DNA of 51,499 nt from the UHGV virus genome UHGV-1870764; one strand, 5' to 3'. Position 1 is the stretch's first letter, and each line of letters opens with the position of its first letter. The DNA is from a virus. Below, in pieces: positions 46,560-51,499 of the stretch. The translations under genes were made by a program, and so were the position numbers. Below the pieces are notes generated by a model, which saw only the letters and a program-made list of their open reading frames with translations, did not search any database and was not told where the DNA came from.

Positions 46560-46930
46560 ATAAACTATTTGAAGCAGTAGCAAGCTCTACAAAGGAAACT
46601 ATTGTACAGGCTCGTAATTGGCTTGTAGGGCATTTTGAAGAACTTGTATGTATTATTTATATATTACTCCCATATGCGCTGATAAAAAGCCATATAGGGG
46701 CATTAGAAAGCATTGTAATAACATTGGTTGTAGTATTCATATTAAACTTTATAACAAAAGTAAAGCGAAAGTTAAAGAATGAAACAAAAGAGGGATTCCC
46801 AATATCAGAATACAGGTACACAGTAAAAGATACAGATGGAATAGTAAGTATTAGGGAACAGGATACACAGGAAGCAATATTATATTTATGTGATGTAGAG
46901 GATTACTTAAGGAGAAAAGGGTTGATATGA
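46556..46930 (+). CDS. membrane protein (two TM helices)
   Basis: LVCIIYILLPYALI and LESIVITLVVVFILNFI. Confidence 0.4.
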   Translation: MNKLFEAVASSTKETIVQARNWLVGHFEELVCIIYILLPYALIKSHIGALESIVITLVVVFILNFITKVKRKLKNETKEGFPISEYRYTVKDTDGIVSIREQDTQEAILYLCDVEDYLRRKGLI

Positions 46931-47103
46931 TGTTACACAGTCCATGCAAGGATTGCAAAGAAAGAATATTACATTGCCATGAAACGTGTACCAAGTATTT
47001 AAAATACTATGAAGCAAATGAAAAGGCGAAAGCAGAAAGGATAAAAGCCAAGAAAGAAAGAGATTTACTTTTTAGGCAAAACAAACAAAGGAAACACAAA
47101 TAA
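46927..47103 (+). CDS. small zinc-finger protein (58 aa), below ORF-track size cutoff
   Basis: MMLHSPCKDCKERILHCHETCTKY followed by a basic tail. AAGGAG sits 12 nt upstream. Confidence 0.4.
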   Translation: MMLHSPCKDCKERILHCHETCTKYLKYYEANEKAKAERIKAKKERDLLFRQNKQRKHK

Positions 47104-47127
47104 AAGCAAAATAAATTAAATTTTACA

Positions 47128-47156
47128 TTGACAAATAGATAGTAACATGCTATAAT
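47128..47156 (+). promoter_or_regulatory. consensus sigma-A promoter (TTGACA-N17-TGcTATAAT)
   Basis: TTGACA at 47128-47133 and TATAAT at 47151-47156. Confidence 0.65.
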
Positions 47157-47456
47157 AAAATGGAACTAAGGAAATATTCTAGGATAGGAATGTATAAGTA
47201 ACAGCCATAAATGTTAGCCAAAATATAAAAGGATAAAAACAGTGGACGTATAAAACAAAACAATAAAAAGCCATGTTTGTACTTATAAAATAATTTCGTT
47301 CATATATACACATAAACCTCGTATACTTGATGGTTTTATATGTTCATTGTTTTTATATAAAAGAAATATTGGTGAGGAAGAAGCGAAACAAAGCGTTCTT
47401 CCTTGCCTTATTTGGTATTATGGAACAAAAAGTAAAAGGAGTGTGAAAAGAAACAA

Positions 47457-47981
47457 GTGGCAACAAATAAGAAGTCTCCAAAAGTATTGCGTAATGGAGT
47501 AGAAAATTTAATTCCGATGAATGAGAGAACACCGGAAGAAAGAAAAAGGATTGGGCAGTTAGGTGTTGAAGCAAGAAAAAAGAAACGTGAAGAAAAAATG
47601 GCATTACAGCAAGCTATGAAAGCATTACTAACAATGGATATAACAACACAAAAACAAAAACAAGTTTTAATGCATATGGGTTTCAAAAGTGGCGAACTAA
47701 CAAACCAAAACTTATTAATGGTAGCATTGTTTAAAAAAGGTTTAACAGGCGATGTGGGAGCAATCAAAGAAATCGTAAACATGATGGACAAGTTAGATAT
47801 GTTTAAACAAACAGGTAAGGTACAGAATGAAGTAACAATCAACCTAATAACACAGGGTGATGTATATGAACCAAACAAACAGGATGATGAAGAAATATGG
47901 GATGCAGAAAATGGAACAGACTGGCTTGAAGAAGAAAGCGAAGAGGAAGAATGGGGAAATGATGTATATGGTGGTAAATAA
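47457..47981 (+). CDS. hypothetical protein (basic N-half, acidic C-tail)
   Basis: GTG start. A ~290-nt leader separates it from the promoter. Confidence 0.4.
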   Translation: MATNKKSPKVLRNGVENLIPMNERTPEERKRIGQLGVEARKKKREEKMALQQAMKALLTMDITTQKQKQVLMHMGFKSGELTNQNLLMVALFKKGLTGDVGAIKEIVNMMDKLDMFKQTGKVQNEVTINLITQGDVYEPNKQDDEEIWDAENGTDWLEEESEEEEWGNDVYGGK

Positions 47982-48069
47982 GCCTATATAAGCGTTTTAA
48001 ATCACATACCCTATAAAGTATAAGCGCATATAAATAAAAAGGCTAGAAAAGGCAGATAGGAGGTTTAGA

Positions 48070-48345
48070 ATGGGTATTGCTAATAAAACATATTTAAAAG
48101 CAAAAGAAGAATTAGAAGAGTTAGAAAAATTAAATATGCAAATGGATGAAGAAAAACAAAGTAAGTATTTAGTAGTATATACAAAGTTAGATGATTTCGG
48201 TAAGGAAACAGAACAAACAAATAAAACACTATGCTATGCAGAAAACATACATGAAGCAAAACATAAAAGTATAATGTTACTATCATTAAAAAACTGTAAG
48301 GTTAAAAGCGTAAAATACATGGGTAAGCTACTAAGCTGTATGTAA
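48070..48345 (+). CDS. hypothetical protein
   Basis: AGGAGG RBS. Confidence 0.45.
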   Translation: MGIANKTYLKAKEELEELEKLNMQMDEEKQSKYLVVYTKLDDFGKETEQTNKTLCYAENIHEAKHKSIMLLSLKNCKVKSVKYMGKLLSCM

Positions 48346-48484
48346 ATAAAATAAACAGAACACCATGTGAATAATAAAAAGCTATATAGTAAAACATAGA
48401 ACAAACACAAAACAGAACATAGGCAAGCATAACAAAGAAGTATAGAACATATATATAATAAAACATAAGAAAGGATAGAAGAAC

Positions 48485-49108
48485 ATGGAAGAACTAAATA
48501 TTGTTTATAAACAAATAAAAGAACTAAAACCATATAAGAAGAATGCAAAGAAACATAGTAAAGAACAAGTAGAACAAATAGCAAACAGTATTAAAGAGTT
48601 TGGTTTTACACAGCCAGTAATAATAGACAAAAACAATAGCGTAGTAGCTGGACATGGTAGAATACTAGGAGCAAAGAAAGCAGGATTAAAACAAGTCCCT
48701 ACAGTTTGTTTAGAAGAACTCACAGAAGAACAAATAAAAGCATACAGGTTAGTAGATAACAAACTGAATGAGAGTGAATGGGATTCAGATTTATTAAAAC
48801 AGAGTTTAGATGAAATAGCAGAAATGGATATGGAAGTATTCGGATTTGCAATGGATTCATTAGCAGATGAAGAATTAGAAATAGAACCAGAAGTACCATT
48901 CACAGAAATATTGAATGAAGAAAATAATTACATTGTTTTAAAGTTCGATAACAAGGTGGATTGGATAAATGCACTTGGAGTGTTAGGTATTGAAAAAGTA
49001 AAAGCATTCCCAACAAAGAAGAATGGAAACAAGAAAACATTCGGAGAAAGAGCGGGAGTTGGAAGAGTAATAGATGGTGTTAAGGCATTGGAGAAGATGA
49101 AAGAATGA
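48485..49108 (+). CDS. ParB-like nuclease domain protein
   Basis: LKPYKKNAKKHSKEQVEQIANSIKEFGFTQPVIIDKNNSVVAGHGR matches the ParB N-terminal/Srx fold, including the GxGR arginine motif. Confidence 0.6.
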   Translation: MEELNIVYKQIKELKPYKKNAKKHSKEQVEQIANSIKEFGFTQPVIIDKNNSVVAGHGRILGAKKAGLKQVPTVCLEELTEEQIKAYRLVDNKLNESEWDSDLLKQSLDEIAEMDMEVFGFAMDSLADEELEIEPEVPFTEILNEENNYIVLKFDNKVDWINALGVLGIEKVKAFPTKKNGNKKTFGERAGVGRVIDGVKALEKMKE

Positions 49109-49914
49109 AGTACAAAGATAAAGAAATTGTTATAGTGTGTCCATCATATAAAAGACCTGTTGTTGAAACATTAAAATATATTCCTTTTTGCAAAGTATAT
49201 GTTTCACCAGAAGAATATAAAACATATTTAGAGTTTAACCCAAAACATAAAGAAAACATTGTTAAGTGTAAGAAAGGAATACAAGGGAATTTGTGTAGAG
49301 TAAGAAATTATATCCTTGATGAAGAATTTAATCATGGTGCTGATATAGTCCTTATTATAGATGATGATTTACGGTGTATAGAGCATTTTGAAATGTCAGA
49401 GGATAAAAGTTATGCGTATGAAAAAGTAAAGCTGAAATCAGCGGATATATTAGATTTCATATATCGTTATTCATTGTTATGTGAAGAATGGGGTTTTAAG
49501 TTTTGGGGAATAAATTGTAACAGTGATACAATGAGCTATAGGCAGTATTCACCGTTCAGTACTACAAGTTATATAGGAGGTCCATTTCAATGTTTTACAA
49601 AGGGCAATGAGTTAAGATATGATGAAATGTTACCTTTGAAAGAAGATTATGACATGACATTACAGAACATGAATAAGTATCGTGGAGCATTGAGAGTTAA
49701 TAAATACCATTATGTTTGTAGGCAATCAGAACAAAAAGGTGGATGTGCAATTTATAGAAACATGGAAAAGGAAAAAGAACAATTCGAATTGCTACAAAAG
49801 AAATGGGGAAGTAATATTGTGAGGTTGGATACATCAAACAAAGGAAGAAGCAAGAAGAACAGGAAATATATTGATTATAACCCAATTATAAAAATACCAA
49901 TAAAAGGAATTTAA
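49105..49914 (+). CDS. GT-A-fold nucleotide-sugar transferase-like protein (putative)
   Basis: The pattern IVIVCPSYKRP...ADIVLIIDDDL resembles GT2-type Rossmann/DxD motifs. Confidence 0.35.
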   Translation: MKYKDKEIVIVCPSYKRPVVETLKYIPFCKVYVSPEEYKTYLEFNPKHKENIVKCKKGIQGNLCRVRNYILDEEFNHGADIVLIIDDDLRCIEHFEMSEDKSYAYEKVKLKSADILDFIYRYSLLCEEWGFKFWGINCNSDTMSYRQYSPFSTTSYIGGPFQCFTKGNELRYDEMLPLKEDYDMTLQNMNKYRGALRVNKYHYVCRQSEQKGGCAIYRNMEKEKEQFELLQKKWGSNIVRLDTSNKGRSKKNRKYIDYNPIIKIPIKGI

Positions 49915-49942
49915 GCACTCATTTTAGGGTGCTTATTTTATT
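49913..49942 (+). terminator. rho-independent terminator
   Basis: AAGCACTC-ATTTTA-GGGTGCTT (8 bp, one G.U pair) followed by ATTTTATT. Confidence 0.65.
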
Positions 49943-49977
49943 ATATAAATAAATATAAAATATTATATAAAAACATA

Positions 49978-50005
49978 TTGACTTTTTGTTATATTGTGTT
50001 ATAAT
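49978..50005 (+). promoter_or_regulatory. sigma-A promoter (TTGACT-N16-TGtTATAAT)
   Basis: TTGACT at 49978-49983 and TATAAT at 50000-50005. Confidence 0.6.
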
Positions 50006-50061
50006 ATAATCAAAGTTAAGGAAAACAAAAACAGAGTAAACAAACTAGGAGGAAAATAAAA

Positions 50062-50244
50062 ATGACAGGAAGAACAATTAAAACAAGAATTTATGCAGGA
50101 TATACAATCGAACAGAAAGTAAGTTGCAAATATAGATTCACTATTACAAAAGGTTCAAAGGTTATCAGAACAAATGAACCAACAAACATTATTGAAGCAA
50201 TGGATTGGGTAGATGTTCAGTTAAGAGGTTTTGAGGAGGTATAA
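50062..50244 (+). CDS. hypothetical small protein
   Basis: AGGAGG RBS. Confidence 0.45.
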   Translation: MTGRTIKTRIYAGYTIEQKVSCKYRFTITKGSKVIRTNEPTNIIEAMDWVDVQLRGFEEV

Positions 50245-50245
50245 A

Positions 50246-50434
50246 ATGAAAAGATATTATATTTTAATAGGGCATTTAAGAGCCTTAGAAAATGAACCAT
50301 TAGAATCATGGGGCTTAACAACGTATATTGACACAATAGAAGCAGAAAATAAGAAGCAAGCCAGAAAGCAAGTAAATAAAAGACTCAAAAAGAAAAGTGA
50401 TAAAAAACATAAATATGTTATAGTGTGTAATTAA
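50246..50434 (+). CDS. hypothetical small basic protein
   Basis: A GAGGAGG RBS precedes the ATG at 50246. Confidence 0.4.
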   Translation: MKRYYILIGHLRALENEPLESWGLTTYIDTIEAENKKQARKQVNKRLKKKSDKKHKYVIVCN

Positions 50435-50483
50435 GAAATAAACAAGAGATAACAAAAAGAGTAAAAGTCTTAAAAAAAGTAGT

Positions 50484-50511
50484 TGACAAACACAAGTAAT
50501 TATGTTAATAT
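50484..50511 (+). promoter_or_regulatory. sigma-A promoter (TTGACA-N16-TGtTAATAT) upstream of tRNA pair
   Basis: TTGACA at 50484-50489 and TAATAT at 50506-50511. Confidence 0.55.
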
Positions 50512-50713
50512 ATAATCAGAAACAAGGAAAACAGTAAAAGATAACAAATAAGGAGAACAGAAATGGAAAATACAATGAAATAAGAGAAGAACCAAAAAGA
50601 ACAAAGATTCATGATTGGGATACAAGAGAAGTGTTCTTCGCAAATGGTTGTTTATTAGAAGCATAGGACAATATGACAGGTGTTAAAGTCATTAAAACAC
50701 AGGCTTTTCTTAT

Positions 50714-50773
50714 ATTGTGATTTGTAAGCTGTAAAGAAAAAGAATCACTTATGCAGTAGTATTTACAGCTTAC
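50714..50773 (+). other. long inverted repeat (12-bp arms, 36-nt loop) immediately 5' of tRNA-Gln
   Basis: GTAAGCTGTAAA (50714-50725) is near-complementary to TTTACAGCTTAC (50762-50773). Confidence 0.5.
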
Positions 50774-50777
50774 GCAT

Positions 50778-50849
50778 TGCCTTATGGTGAAATGGTAACA
50801 CACAGGACTTTGACTCCTGTATTTGTTGGTTCGAGTCCAACTGGGGCAG
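50778..50849 (+). tRNA. tRNA-Gln (anticodon UUG)
   Basis: Manual cloverleaf. Acceptor TGCCTTA/TGGGGCA with U1-A72 and G73 (Gln identity elements). D-loop AATGGTA, anticodon stem CAGGA/TCCTG, loop CTTTGAC, T-arm GTTGG-TTCGAGT-CCAAC. No encoded CCA. Confidence 0.75.
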
Positions 50850-50939
50850 TTGCACACTATAAAAGGTGTGCGAAACAAATATTTCTTTTCTTGCTAAAGT
50901 GTTGTGAGTAGTGTTCAAGCGCATGAAAGCAACACATAA

Positions 50940-51011
50940 GGAGCATTAGTTCAATGGTAGAGCAACCGCCTCATAAGCGGTAAGTTGTAGGTTCGAGTCC
51001 CACATGCTCCA
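50940..51011 (+). tRNA. tRNA-Met elongator-type or tRNA-Ile2 (anticodon CAU)
   Basis: Acceptor GGAGCAT/ATGCTCC, D-arm GTTC-AATGGTA-GAGC, anticodon arm ACCGC-CTCATAA-GCGGT, T-arm GTAGG-TTCGAGT-CCCAC (one A.C mismatch). G1-C72 and a non-GGG anticodon stem argue against an initiator. Confidence 0.7.
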
Positions 51012-51071
51012 TTAGGTAGTAAAGCCTAAAAGAAAACAAATAAATATTTATTTCAGAAAGGAAGTACAAAA

Positions 51072-51499
51072 CATGTGTGAATATGAAAAGAAAATACCAG
51101 TGTATGATATTAAGATAATTGTAGATGATGCGATTCTTGTAGACAGTAAACTCAAGCCATATTATGAAATTATGTATAGGAAAGTTGGAAGAAAGTATCA
51201 TAACATTGGGTTTGGCTCATACTATTTAGAGAATGTAATTAAATGGAGAAAAGAAGTGTTCGAAGTTGTTGAAAGTAAAAGTGAGCAGCAGAGAGAAGAA
51301 ATGAAAGAAACAAAAGAAATTAATGAAGAAAGCAAGTTAGATGTATTAAAGAGAAAGATTGACACTCTGCTTGAAAGTCAAGCAACAATTATGAATGCAA
51401 TCGGTTCAGTGATATGCATGAGCGAAATTAAAGATGAAGATTTGAAAATGAAAAATGCAACACTTGAGAATCTTATTAATCACAGAGATGAATGCATGT
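51072..51499 (+). CDS. hypothetical protein (5' partial, runs off window end)
   Basis: ATG at 51072 with a GAAAGGAAG RBS. The frame stays open to the end of the window. Confidence 0.45.

Noticed and set aside
50584-50777. A third tRNA or tmRNA upstream of tRNA-Gln
   Set aside because: No T-loop (GTTCRA) or acceptor/anticodon arrangement could be folded. Only the long inverted repeat is present.
1-51499. Genome-wide stop-codon reassignment (TAG or TGA recoding as in some gut phages)
   Set aside because: TAA, TAG and TGA all terminate well-supported genes at the expected lengths. Only one in-frame stop (TAA at 4507) interrupts a conserved coding region.
1-51499. Lysogeny module (integrase, repressor), CRISPR arrays or anti-CRISPR loci
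   Set aside because: No tyrosine or serine recombinase motifs, divergent repressor/Cro pair or repeat-spacer arrays were seen. The phage looks virulent, or the lysogeny functions lie outside this window.

Overview
The window is a contiguous stretch of a tailed dsDNA phage genome, with HK97-like siphovirus morphogenesis genes and a host that is probably a low-GC Firmicute (Clostridia-like). Every credible gene lies on the + strand; the minus-strand ORFs in the track look like antisense artefacts of an A-rich sense strand. From start to end the window holds the following.

- **Packaging and lysis:** the 3' end of an upstream gene, a sigma-A-type promoter, then terminase large subunit. Unusually, two enzyme-domain tail-fibre-like proteins (SGNH esterase; pectate-lyase fold) and a lysis cassette (holin-like pair plus NlpC/P60 endolysin with ChW cell-wall-binding repeats) sit between terminase and portal.
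- **Morphogenesis operon:** portal, MuF-like protein, two paralogous Zn-ribbon proteins, scaffold, decoration-like protein, major capsid, HeH protein, connectors, major tail, chaperone, tape measure, Dit, Tal, BppU-like fibre, Listeria-Bacteroides-repeat receptor-binding protein, a small membrane protein and a sigma-70-region-4-like protein, ending at a strong terminator.
- **Uncharacterised module (24.1-26.7 kb):** a Q/N-rich protein, a Gly/Asn/Trp-rich membrane protein and several Cys-rich proteins.
- **Early-type small genes:** each preceded by a consensus TTGACA-N17-TATAAT promoter.
- **Replication and recombination module:** primase; a T4 gp32-like Zn SSB with a C-terminal HeH motif and acidic tail; a DnaE-type PolIII alpha gene split into three exons by two group I introns carrying HNH and LAGLIDADG homing endonucleases; DUF3310-like protein; RecA-like recombinase; Cas4-like PD-(D/E)XK nuclease; RuvC-like resolvase.
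- **Accessory genes:** a run of small Cys-rich proteins (including two paralogs), RNase H, a ParB-like nuclease with a GT-A-like transferase operon, and two promoter-driven tRNAs (Gln-UUG, Met/Ile2-CAU).

The observations most worth follow-up are:

- an in-frame TAA inside a tail-fibre gene, co-occurring with a phage tRNA-Gln(UUG);
- the doubly intron-split polymerase;
- six HeH/Rho-N motif copies across unrelated proteins;
- paralogous Cys-rich protein families;
- the ParB-like nuclease/GT operon;
- several structured non-coding regions.

No integrase, repressor or CRISPR array is visible. All calls come from reading the sequence and recalling motifs, not from database searches.
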